Origin: Gemmatimonadota bacterium
GTDB taxonomy: Bacteria; Gemmatimonadota; Gemmatimonadetes; Gemmatimonadales; GWC2-71-9
NCBI GenBank assembly: GCA_031367105.1
Contig: JANLPG010000120.1
Location: 12,016 to 76,015, forward strand
Reading direction: 5' to 3'
DNA length: 64,000 nt
Shown here: one piece after another, positions 12,269 to 20,656 of the stretch
How positions within the stretch are numbered: position 1 is the first letter of the stretch
How the letters are laid out: each line of letters begins with the position of its first letter
Made by a program: the position numbers and the translations under genes
Notes under the pieces: generated by a model
Databases searched by the model: none
Seen by the model: the letters and a program-made list of their open reading frames with translations, nothing else
What the model was told of the DNA's origin: nothing

Positions 12269-12297
12269 TTGACCCTGAGGCGTTGGGGCGATAATCT
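12269..12297 (+). promoter_or_regulatory. sigma70 promoter of tRNA-Met
   Basis: TTGACC-N17-TAATCT, 12 nt before the tRNA. Confidence 0.65.
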
Positions 12298-12309
12298 CCC
12301 GCCCCGTTC

Positions 12310-12383
12310 GGCAGGGTAGCTCAGCTGGTTAGAGCACGGCACTCATAATGCCGGGGTCGCGGGTTCGAGTCCCGCCCCTGCTA
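12310..12383 (+). tRNA. tRNA-Met(CAT), elongator type; CCA not encoded
   Basis: GGCAGGG/CCCTGCT acceptor stem, D arm AGCTCAGCTGGTTAGAGC, anticodon arm CGGCA-CTCATAA-TGCCG, T loop TTCGAGT. Confidence 0.93.
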
Positions 12384-12492
12384 TTGCTCCCCTCGACCTC
12401 GCGGCGATGTCTCGCCCTCGAAATGGTCCGCCCCCGTCGTGGTCACCCCACGCCCCAACCGCACGGTGATCTGCCCGGAGCGGTAGTGCCTC

Positions 12493-13053
12493 TCATTCCA
12501 CCGGGTGCGGTGCGATCCGCTCCATCAGCGCAGCGAGCAGTTGATCCTGGGCAGCGAGATGCTGCTGAATCTGGATCGCCTCGTGCAGGACGGCCTCCGC
12601 ATCGTTGTAGGTGTCCAGCGCCCGTTTGTCCGATGCCTCCGCCGCCACCTTCTGACCGACGATGATGATTGACAAGAGAACCAGCTGCAGAAACGTCTGG
12701 GCGATCCAGGAGATGATGGTGGGGGTTCCGCCCCTGATGGCATCGGGCAGGCTGATCAAGGCAAGGATGGCGAACAGATAGGCACACCACATCGTGCCCA
12801 CCCCGCCAGTAATTTGCACGGCCAGAAATGCGTTGAAGCGCTCCACCGCGCCCTTGCGTGAGCTCGCCTCCGCGGAAGGGATCGGAGCATTTGCCTTGCG
12901 CCGTGCGATATGAGGGTGGGGAATGTGGGTATAGATCTCGCCCACGACCTTCCGAAGCGCGCTGGTTTTCCCGGGAGCTACGCTGGTACCACACACGCCA
13001 CAATAGGCTGCAGGCGAAACCACGTCGGCACCGCACTTGCGACAGGGTGACAT
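12493..13053 (-). CDS. Membrane protein with N-terminal zinc ribbon and DUF1003-like domain
   Basis: CRKC..CGVC, then GTMWCAYLF...WIAQTFLQLVLLSIIIVGQ; GGAGGAAG RBS before ATG 13053. Confidence 0.7.
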   Translation of the reverse strand: MSPCRKCGADVVSPAAYCGVCGTSVAPGKTSALRKVVGEIYTHIPHPHIARRKANAPIPSAEASSRKGAVERFNAFLAVQITGGVGTMWCAYLFAILALISLPDAIRGGTPTIISWIAQTFLQLVLLSIIIVGQKVAAEASDKRALDTYNDAEAVLHEAIQIQQHLAAQDQLLAALMERIAPHPVE

Positions 13054-13394
13054 ACTTCCTCCCTCGTGCGTGATGATGGATGAACCGCGCCCACGGAGCA
13101 ATGGGCTTCTCTCGGTGGTTTCAGGCAGCGTGGGTAAGTCCCCGCGCAAAGCGCACGGCGGGTGACCGTTACCCCAACGCTCGCGAGGCCGTTCGCACAC
13201 ACGCCAGCTCCACGCAATCGTGCGAGGCGGGTCGCAGGAGTATACTTGGACCCGCTTCGCCACGGTGCACGACACTCGGTGCGTGTGGTGCGAGTAACAG
13301 CCCCCAGGCTCAGTCCACCAACGGCCGAGGGTGGCGAGGTGTCTATCACATCGAGGCGGGGTTAACCCTCGACTTACTCCCCCGGAAGGAAGCG

Positions 13395-14153
13395 ATGACA
13401 GCCGCTCGCGAAACAGCCCTGAACAAGGTCCCCGAAGTCGGCCTGCTCTTCTGGATCATCAAGATCGCCGCTACCACGCTCGGCGAGACCGGCGGCGATG
13501 CGGTGTCGATGTCGATGCGATTGGGCTATCTCGTCAGCACTGGAATTTTCGGCATCATTTTTATCGTCGCCGTCATCTTCCAGATACGAGCGAAGCAGTT
13601 TCATCCCGTGGTCTACTGGACCACGATCATCGCCACGACGACGGTGGGTACGACGCTGGCAGATTTCGCCGATCGGTCGCTGGGCATCGGGTATGCTGGC
13701 GGCACGACGATCCTGCTGGCGCTCCTGGTGGCGTCGTTGTTCATCTGGCATCGCACACTCGGCTCGATCTCGGTCGCTTCCATAACCGCCCCCAAAGCCG
13801 AGATGTTTTACTGGGTGACGATCATGTTCTCCCAGACGCTCGGCACGGCGCTCGGCGACTGGACTGCGGATACGGCGGGCCTCGGCTATGTCGGTGGCGC
13901 CATCGCATTCAGCGCACTCCTTGCCGGCGTTGCCGCGGCCTCTGCCTGGACCGCGATCTCTCGCACGCTGCTGTTCTGGCTGGCATTCATTCTCACCCGA
14001 CCGCTCGGCGCTGTCGTCGGGGACTTCCTGGACAAGCCTCACGCGGCTGGGGGGCTCGCGCTCAGCCGCTACGCGGCATCGGCCCTCCTGCTCCTGTTCA
14101 TACTCGCCTGCATCGCCATTTTCCCGCAAAAGGCGTCAAAAGCGGCCCACTAG
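13395..14153 (+). CDS. COG4705/DUF347 repeat membrane protein
   Basis: NKVPEV..FWIIKIAATTLGETGGD, TTTVGTTLADF, SQTLGTALGD, FILTRPLGA..GD. Confidence 0.85.
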   Translation: MTAARETALNKVPEVGLLFWIIKIAATTLGETGGDAVSMSMRLGYLVSTGIFGIIFIVAVIFQIRAKQFHPVVYWTTIIATTTVGTTLADFADRSLGIGYAGGTTILLALLVASLFIWHRTLGSISVASITAPKAEMFYWVTIMFSQTLGTALGDWTADTAGLGYVGGAIAFSALLAGVAAASAWTAISRTLLFWLAFILTRPLGAVVGDFLDKPHAAGGLALSRYAASALLLLFILACIAIFPQKASKAAH

Positions 14154-14315
14154 CCCAGCGGGCGCGCTTTTACTCCATCCAATGGTGGATTGCCCCCCCC
14201 CGGATTTCCGGCTCTCTTGCCTCGAACCCGTCACTCGGCATCCTACCCTCGAACACCATTTCCGGCCCTCGCGTTCGGTCTCATCGGCCGAACTGCGCCG
14301 ATGCAAGGACTCGCT

Positions 14316-16100
14316 ATGAAAAGCAAGCAGAAAGTGTTCCGGTCGGTGCCCCTCACGCCATTGCCGAAGGTACCGACAGGGATCACCGGTTTCGACGAGA
14401 TCACCTACGGGGGACTGCCGCTCGGCCGCACCACGCTGGTGCGAGGCGGCGCGGGGTGCGGGAAGACGGTCTTCGCGGTCCAGTCGCTGATCAGTCGCGC
14501 CCGGGACCGCGGGGAACCCGGCATCCTTGTGGCCTTCGAGGAGAATGCCAACCAGATCGTTGCGAACGCCGCGACCCTCGGCTGGGACATACCGGCCCTC
14601 GCCGCGAAACGGCTCTTCTTCCTGGATGCGAGTCTTTCGCCGGAGATGGTACAGGACGGGGATTTCGACCTGACCCGGCTGCTCAATGTGCTTCAGGCCG
14701 TCAGCGAGGAAGCCGGTGCCAAGCATATCGTCTTCGACGGGATCGACGTGCTGCTGCGACTGCTTGATAATCCTGTCGCGGAGCGTCGCGAAATCTATCG
14801 CGTGCGCGACTGGCTCTCGCGGAGCGGGCTCACCGCCATTATCACCCAGAAAGCCGGCGCTGACGACGACCACAGTTGGCAACACTACAGCTTCATGCAG
14901 TTCATGGCCGATTGCGTGGTCAATCTGGGCCACCAGGTGGTCGCGGGATCGAGCTTTCGCAACGTCCGGGTGATGAAGTACCGCGGATCCGGCTTCCTCG
15001 GGGACGAGTTTCCCATCACGATCACCCAGTCGGGTATTCAAGTCACCAATCGCGGCCCGGTCGAGCTCCACTACGTCGTCTCCGATGAACGCATCTCATC
15101 GGGGCTGCCTCGGCTGGACGTGATGCTGTCCGGAGGATACTATCGCGGAAGCAATGTCCTGATCTCCGGCGCTCCCGGAACGGCGAAGTCGACGCTTGCC
15201 GGACTGTTCGTCGCTGCCGCCTGCGAGCGGGGTGAACGAGCGATGTATGTAAACTTCGACGAGGGTGCGTCGCAAATTGTCCGAAACCTGGCGTCGGTCG
15301 GCATCCAGCTGGCGCCGCATCTGAAGTCGGGGCTGCTCAAGATCTACTCGACCCGCACAAGGGGACCGAACATCGAGGATCAGTTCGGTGAGCTCCGGAA
15401 GGTGATTCGCGCCCACAAGCCAACCTGTCTGGTCGTCGATCCGCTGTCGGCCCTTTCGAGCAAGCTGGCCCACGTTGCCTCAGCCGACGCGACCCAGCTC
15501 TTTCTGGACTATCTCAAGGTCGAAGGCATCACGGTAGTCAATACCTCCCTGCTGGATGGCCCCGATGTGGACGAGGCCACCTCGACCGGGATCTCGACGA
15601 TCGCGGACACCTGGATTCACGTCTCCTATATTGTCAATGAGGGAGAGCGCAACCGCTCGTTGACGATCGTGAAGTCGCGCGGCACCGGCCACTCGAATCA
15701 GGTGCGCGAGCTGACGCTGGCCGATAGCGGTGTCACCCTGACGGATGTCTACACCGCGCAGGGGCAAGTGCTGATGGGTGTCGCGCGTTGGGAACGGGAA
15801 CAGGAGGAGCGGGCCAGCAAGCAGGTGATGCTGAGGGCTTCAGAGATCGCGCGAGTGAAGCTCAATAGTGCCCAGGCCGAAGCCGCGGCGCGCCTGACAG
15901 TCATCACGACCGAGATGGAGGTCCGGAGAGCGGAGCTTGCGCTTCTGGACTTCGAGGTGGCCTCGGCAAGGGATCTGCGCGCGACCGACCGGCTGACGCT
16001 CCGAAAGCTGCGTCACGCCGATGAGGACTTGCCTCTCCCGGAGCCCGGTCTCAAGAAGCGGCAGCCGCCCAAGCGGGGAGGCCGGGCGACAAAGTCGTAA
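14316..16100 (+). CDS. kaiC: KaiC family double-domain ATPase with C-terminal coiled coil
   Basis: CI: TGITGFDEIT.GGLP, GGAGCGKT, FEE, KYRGS. CII: GAPGTAKS, GISTIADTWI, KSRG..HSNQVRE. Confidence 0.93.
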   Translation: MKSKQKVFRSVPLTPLPKVPTGITGFDEITYGGLPLGRTTLVRGGAGCGKTVFAVQSLISRARDRGEPGILVAFEENANQIVANAATLGWDIPALAAKRLFFLDASLSPEMVQDGDFDLTRLLNVLQAVSEEAGAKHIVFDGIDVLLRLLDNPVAERREIYRVRDWLSRSGLTAIITQKAGADDDHSWQHYSFMQFMADCVVNLGHQVVAGSSFRNVRVMKYRGSGFLGDEFPITITQSGIQVTNRGPVELHYVVSDERISSGLPRLDVMLSGGYYRGSNVLISGAPGTAKSTLAGLFVAAACERGERAMYVNFDEGASQIVRNLASVGIQLAPHLKSGLLKIYSTRTRGPNIEDQFGELRKVIRAHKPTCLVVDPLSALSSKLAHVASADATQLFLDYLKVEGITVVNTSLLDGPDVDEATSTGISTIADTWIHVSYIVNEGERNRSLTIVKSRGTGHSNQVRELTLADSGVTLTDVYTAQGQVLMGVARWEREQEERASKQVMLRASEIARVKLNSAQAEAAARLTVITTEMEVRRAELALLDFEVASARDLRATDRLTLRKLRHADEDLPLPEPGLKKRQPPKRGGRATKS

Positions 16101-16109
16101 GGAGGGCGT

Positions 16110-16751
16110 ATCGACCGCCGCACCCATTGGGAGCAGCTCTACCGCACAACAGGAGCAGAGGAAGTCAGCTGGTTCCAGGCGGAGGCACGCCTGTCGCGTC
16201 AGTTGATCGAGCGAATGGCGCCGGAACGTCGAGCGCGCATCGTCGATATCGGGGCCGGTGCGGCTACCCTCGTCGATGGGCTCCTGAAGTCGGGCTACCG
16301 GAATCTTACCGTTCTCGATCTGTCGGCGTCGGCGCTGGCGCTCGCGCAGCAACGATTGGGCAGCGCGTCGGCTGCGGTGACGTGGCAGGCGGACGACGTG
16401 TTGACTGCCGCGTTTCCCCAATCCTCCTTCGATCTCTGGCACGACCGCGCGGTCTTCCATTTCCTCACCAATCCAGCGGACCGTGCTCGGTACGTGGCTC
16501 AGGCGCACCACGCCGTCCGTCGGGGTGGGCTGGTGCTGGTCGCCACCTTCGCAGCGGATGGGCCGACGCGCTGCAGTGGCCTCGATGTCGTCCGCTACTC
16601 GCCCGAAGCACTACACGCAGAGTTTGGAACCAGATTCGAATTGCTGGAGAGCCATCGCGAGGTACACACGACCCCGTCCGGCTCGCAGCAGGCGTTCACC
16701 TACTGCGTCTGTCGCCGCGGACAGAACGGTCCGGAGGAAGGAGACCTCTGA
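16110..16751 (+). CDS. Class I SAM-dependent methyltransferase, apparent non-canonical ATC start or mutated start
   Basis: IDRRTHWEQLY..EEVSWFQ N-terminus lies upstream of the ORF-track start; VDIGAG, LDLS, WHDRAVFHFL, GPTRCSGL. Confidence 0.8.
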   Translation: MDRRTHWEQLYRTTGAEEVSWFQAEARLSRQLIERMAPERRARIVDIGAGAATLVDGLLKSGYRNLTVLDLSASALALAQQRLGSASAAVTWQADDVLTAAFPQSSFDLWHDRAVFHFLTNPADRARYVAQAHHAVRRGGLVLVATFAADGPTRCSGLDVVRYSPEALHAEFGTRFELLESHREVHTTPSGSQQAFTYCVCRRGQNGPEEGDL

Positions 16752-16844
16752 TCACCCCTTCCGCGCACGGACCTGTCTGACCAGCGGGGATGAGTGCAGA
16801 TTGAGACGATCTCCATCCCGCGACGGAGCCACCACCAGCGCCTT

Positions 16845-16997
16845 ATGCAGCTTCAGACGGATTTACTCCAGCAGATGGCGTCACGGCTCGAGCGGCTGGA
16901 GGATGTGGGCCAGCGGCTGGATGAGGTCGAGGAGCGCCTGAACTTCACCGAGCGGGTGCGAAACTTGCCACTAGGTCAGCGGTCTACTGGAACCTGA
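16845..16997 (+). pseudogene. Short coiled-coil ORF, probable remnant
   Basis: RLDEVEERLNFTER resembles the C-terminus of small membrane-anchored proteins, but no TM segment is present. Confidence 0.35.
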
Positions 16998-17007
16998 CGG
17001 AGCGGCA

Positions 17008-17844
17008 ATGACCCCTAATTTCCTCCTCAACTTCACCCCGACGGGGATGATCCCGACCAAGGCGATGACGCCCCACGTCCCGATCCTCCCCGACGAGATC
17101 ATCACCCAGGTCGACGAAGCCGTGATGCTCGGCGCGAATATGGTGCATCTCCACGCTCGCGACCTGCAGGACGGCAAGCCAACGTACAAGCAGGAGCTGT
17201 ACGGGCAGATCGTCGCGGGCGTCCGCGCGCGACATCCCGATCTGGTGATCTGTCTCTCCACCAGCGGGCGCGATTTTCCCGGTTTCCGGCAGCGTTCCGA
17301 ATGCCTCGACCTCACCGGCGATCTCAAGCCGGATATGGGGAGTCTCACCCTGTCGTCGCTCAACTTCAACAACCAGGCGAGTATGAACTCGCCCGAGATG
17401 ATCCAGGCGCTTGCCGGCAAGATGCAGGAGAAGGGGATTCGTCCCGAGCTCGAAGTGTTTGATCTCGGAATGATCAACTACGCCCACTATCTGATCAAAA
17501 AAGGGTTGATCACGCCGCCCTACTACTTCAACCTGATCCTCGGCAACATCGCCTGCGCTCAGGCCAACCTGCTGAGCCTCGGACTGATGATCAAGGAACT
17601 GCCCGCGGAGTCGATCTGGTCCGTCGGCGGCATTGGCGACGCCCAGTTGCGGATGAATGCCATCGGCATCATCGAGGGCGGCGGGGTACGGGTGGGCCTC
17701 GAGGACAACATCTACTTCGATGCCGAGCGGACCCGACTGGCAACGAATCAGGAGTTGGTGAAGCGCATCGTCGGCATCGCCGCAGCACTGGGGCGCACGC
17801 CGTACTCGCAGGGCGAGGCCAGGGCGCTCCTGGGGATGCGTTGA
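17008..17844 (+). CDS. 3-keto-5-aminohexanoate cleavage enzyme family (BKACE/DUF849)
   Basis: TPTG, PHVPI.PDEI, HLHAR, STSGR, PELEVFD, RVGLEDN. Confidence 0.92.
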   Translation: MTPNFLLNFTPTGMIPTKAMTPHVPILPDEIITQVDEAVMLGANMVHLHARDLQDGKPTYKQELYGQIVAGVRARHPDLVICLSTSGRDFPGFRQRSECLDLTGDLKPDMGSLTLSSLNFNNQASMNSPEMIQALAGKMQEKGIRPELEVFDLGMINYAHYLIKKGLITPPYYFNLILGNIACAQANLLSLGLMIKELPAESIWSVGGIGDAQLRMNAIGIIEGGGVRVGLEDNIYFDAERTRLATNQELVKRIVGIAAALGRTPYSQGEARALLGMR

Positions 17845-17845
17845 C

Positions 17846-18508
17846 GTGATTGAGTCTGCGGGCATCGCCGGCAAGGCGGGGCGAGCGTGGCGACGGCTCG
17901 AGCGTGACGGCCTGAGAGGATGGCTGCGTTACTATCTGCGCCGATTCGGGATCCAGCTGGTCCCGTACTACTACGTACAGGAACGGCTTCCTGCTGATCT
18001 CCCGGCCTCGCTGACAGCATTGCCGGAGGGCTTCGAGTTTGCACGATTCGGCGAGGCGGAAATCGCCGAACTGGGCCGGCTTCCCGCGAACGACGAAACC
18101 GCCAGCGAAGCGTTGATGCGCCAGCGACTGCAGGCCGGCTACAGCTGCCTCGGGATGAAGCATCGCGGCAGCATCGTGGCGTACACCTGGTTCTCACTCG
18201 ACACAACCCAGACGAGGCTCTATCCGGCCGTGTTGCAGCCGAACGAGGCGTACCTCTTCAATATGTATGTCGAGCCCGGGCACCGCGGTCACCATCTCGC
18301 CGTGATCATGCGATATCGCTGCTATGAGACGCTCCGCGATCTGGGCCGCGATACCTTCTACAGTGTCACGGTCACGTCGAACAAGCCTTCGTGGCGGTTC
18401 AAGCAGAAACTCGGGGCGGCACGGCTCTTCCTCGGGCTGTACCTTCAACTGTTCCGGAAGTTTGAAGGGCGCTGGATCGTGCGGCGATACCAGCACAGCC
18501 TCCCTTGA
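17846..18508 (+). CDS. GNAT-fold protein
   Basis: EAYLFNMYVEPGHRGHHLA acetyl-CoA-binding motif A; N.PS..F..KLG. Confidence 0.7.
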   Translation: MIESAGIAGKAGRAWRRLERDGLRGWLRYYLRRFGIQLVPYYYVQERLPADLPASLTALPEGFEFARFGEAEIAELGRLPANDETASEALMRQRLQAGYSCLGMKHRGSIVAYTWFSLDTTQTRLYPAVLQPNEAYLFNMYVEPGHRGHHLAVIMRYRCYETLRDLGRDTFYSVTVTSNKPSWRFKQKLGAARLFLGLYLQLFRKFEGRWIVRRYQHSLP

Positions 18509-18610
18509 TCGGCATCAGCATCCTCCGATACGTGTCAGGAGGCCCGGACCGATCGTCTCCCGGTGTCTGGAACCGACCCTTGCAGCACCCTCCGACAGGA
18601 GCAGTCCGCT

Positions 18611-19093
18611 ATGCCGATCTGGAAGGAACAGACCCCGACGCGCAAGGATCCGATCCCGATGCCTCCCGAAGTTCCGTCAACCCGTCCGTTCGCTGCCCAG
18701 GCCGACATCCCCGCCGTCGCCGATGCCTCGCGCCGGGCGCCAGTGCGCGAGAGCGGCAAGGAATCGTTGATTGCATCGGACCTGACAATCGAAGGGAAGA
18801 TTGAGGGGAGTGGCCACGTTCGCATCGCCGGACGGTTCAAGGGCGATGTCAACGTGCAGGGAAATGTGACCATCGAGGCGGGCGCCAAGCTCACCGGAAT
18901 GGTGCGGGCGAGCACAGTGACCATCGCTGGCGAACTCGAGGGCAACATCGAAGCGGCCGCGCGCGTCGAGCTGGTGGAGAGCGGCGTGCTCAATGGCGAC
19001 CTCAAGGCCGGCTCGCTCACAGTGGCTGCCGGTTCGCGGATGCGGGGACAGGTCGAATTCGGCTGGGAAGAGAAGGGCGCCGCCGCCCAATGA
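18611..19093 (+). CDS. Bactofilin (polymer-forming cytoskeletal protein)
   Basis: SLIASDLTIEGKIEGSGHVRIAGRFKGDV beta-helix repeats after a Pro-rich N-terminus; CAGGAG RBS. Confidence 0.9.
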   Translation: MPIWKEQTPTRKDPIPMPPEVPSTRPFAAQADIPAVADASRRAPVRESGKESLIASDLTIEGKIEGSGHVRIAGRFKGDVNVQGNVTIEAGAKLTGMVRASTVTIAGELEGNIEAAARVELVESGVLNGDLKAGSLTVAAGSRMRGQVEFGWEEKGAAAQ

Positions 19094-19434
19094 CCGGCCC
19101 GCGCCCGGGAGCGCCGGGAGCCACGCGCACCTGTCCCCATTGTCGGGCGACGATTCTGGAGAGCTCGAGCGTCTGTCCCGCCTGCCGGCACCACCTTCGC
19201 TCCGCTCCCTCCGGAACCGGGAAGCGTACCGCAGCGGCAATTGCATCGCCGCTGCGGGTGACCGGTACCATCAAGCAACCCGCCGGCGCCTCGCCGGCGG
19301 AATATTCCGTGGTCGTCACGATCAGCAACGATCGCGGCGAGGAGGTAGCACGTCACATCGTCGGGGTGGGTGCGCTCCAACCCGAGGAGTCGCGGACCTT
19401 CGCCCTCACGGTGGAACTCATCGCGTCCGGCTGA
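19090..19434 (+). CDS. Zinc-ribbon protein with C-terminal beta-sandwich
   Basis: CPHC-x9-CPAC; start overlaps bactofilin stop (ATGA). Confidence 0.7.
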   Translation: MTGPRPGAPGATRTCPHCRATILESSSVCPACRHHLRSAPSGTGKRTAAAIASPLRVTGTIKQPAGASPAEYSVVVTISNDRGEEVARHIVGVGALQPEESRTFALTVELIASG

Positions 19435-19787
19435 GTTACGGCTGGGCCGGATTCGCCTGGGCGTAGCGCAGGCTGATTCTGACGGCCGCCGCCGGCGCGC
19501 GCATCGGCTTCACCGCGGCGAGGGTCGAAACAATTGCAAGACGCCGCGTTCGAGGAGCTGAGGCAGCCCTGCGTTGCGCGGCCACCCAACTTCCGGACTG
19601 TCGGCGGCTGCGGGCTGGAGGGGCAGGGAGCCACGCTCCCGGCCCCTCACGCGCGTGGAGGAAGGCACGATTCCGCGCTGCGGAGGGATCGGCACCGGAT
19701 CAGGGCATTGTCGCATCAGCGGCGACGCGCCGACCGCTGTCGAGTGAACGCAACGTCTAGAGAATTGGCACTTGGGCTGGATTCGCG

Positions 19788-19804
19788 CTGGTGCACGATT
19801 TGCG
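19788..19804 (+). promoter_or_regulatory. Possible sigma54 -24/-12 promoter
   Basis: CTGG-TGCACGAT-TTGC with GG-N10-GC spacing, but imperfect -24 box. Confidence 0.3.
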
Positions 19805-19808
19805 TGGT

Positions 19809-20594
19809 ATGGGGCCAATGCCACCACTCCAACCGCGTGCCCCGACCCAGACCACAACCGATGCCCTCTGGCATCGCTGGCGAGACGCCGGCGATGTCGA
19901 GGCGCGCAGGGAGCTGCTCAGTCGTTACCTCGGCCTGGTCCATCACGCCGCCCGAGAGGTTGCGCCCCGCGTGCGCGATGCGGTCTCCCTGGAGGAGCTG
20001 GTCTCGGCCGGATCGCTGGGGCTGCTGCAGTCGATGGAAGGATTCGATGTCGACCGCGGACTCGCCTTCTCGACGTTTGCAATGCGCCGGATTCGTGGTG
20101 CCATCCTCGACGAACTGCGCGCTCGCGACCCTCTGTCGCGCACCGACCGCGCCCACGCGCGTCGGCTGGATGCCGCCTCCGCCGAACTGGAACAACGCTT
20201 CGGGCGGGCCGCCACTTCGTCCGAAGTCGCCGCCCACATCGGCGTGGACCACGACACGGTGCATCGCTGGAGAGAACGCACATCCAGTCCCGGTCCGGTG
20301 TCGCTCGAGGGAGAGCCAGGCGGCCGCGTGCTGGCCGATCGTCTCGGTGACGACGGCGGTGAGCTGATGCACGGCCTCGTGGAGCTCGATGAGCGCAACG
20401 GCACCCTGCGCAAAGCCCTCGACGCGTTGCCTCGCCGGGAGCGACTGGTGCTGTCCCGCTCGTACCTGGAGGAACGGCCACTCCGGGAGATCGCCGAAGA
20501 ACTTGGCGTCACCGAGTCCCGGGTCTGCCAGTTGCGCTCTCAGGGGCTCGCCCGGCTTCGGCGGATCCCGCGGCTGGAGCTGGTCAACGAGTAA
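19809..20594 (+). CDS. RNA polymerase sigma factor, FliA/WhiG family (start 19809 or 19818)
   Basis: ELVSAGSLGL, FSTFAMRRIRGAILDELR..DPLSR, region 4 LREIAEELGVTESRVCQL. Confidence 0.9.
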   Translation: MGPMPPLQPRAPTQTTTDALWHRWRDAGDVEARRELLSRYLGLVHHAAREVAPRVRDAVSLEELVSAGSLGLLQSMEGFDVDRGLAFSTFAMRRIRGAILDELRARDPLSRTDRAHARRLDAASAELEQRFGRAATSSEVAAHIGVDHDTVHRWRERTSSPGPVSLEGEPGGRVLADRLGDDGGELMHGLVELDERNGTLRKALDALPRRERLVLSRSYLEERPLREIAEELGVTESRVCQLRSQGLARLRRIPRLELVNE

Positions 20595-20656
20595 CCCGCG
20601 GCCGAAGCTTCGCGCTTAGATTCCACCCTCATCCTGGTCCACTTTCCGGAGGGGGT

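Noticed and set aside
12310..12383. Initiator tRNA-fMet or tRNA-Ile2
   Set aside because: No C1:A72 mismatch and no three consecutive G-C pairs in the anticodon stem; overall closer to elongator Met, though Ile2 is not strictly excluded
13120..13380. c-di-GMP-I or fluoride riboswitch
   Set aside because: Only fragments resemble them (GCAAAGC..GTTACC; GGCGAGGTGT); the GNRA/receptor architecture and fluoride pseudoknot partner are missing
13080..13394. N-terminal extensions in the ORF track (also 14190, 23213, 23514, 38668, 43739, 50888)
   Set aside because: They overlap upstream genes, tRNAs or spacers; downstream starts fit RBS position and family N-termini better
19435..19787. Small gene in the gap before the sigma factor
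   Set aside because: Candidate frames are Arg/Pro/Ala-rich with no RBS or motif
12384..20594. Active prophage, ICE or integron
   Set aside because: No integrase, transposase, phage genes, attC sites or att direct repeat found
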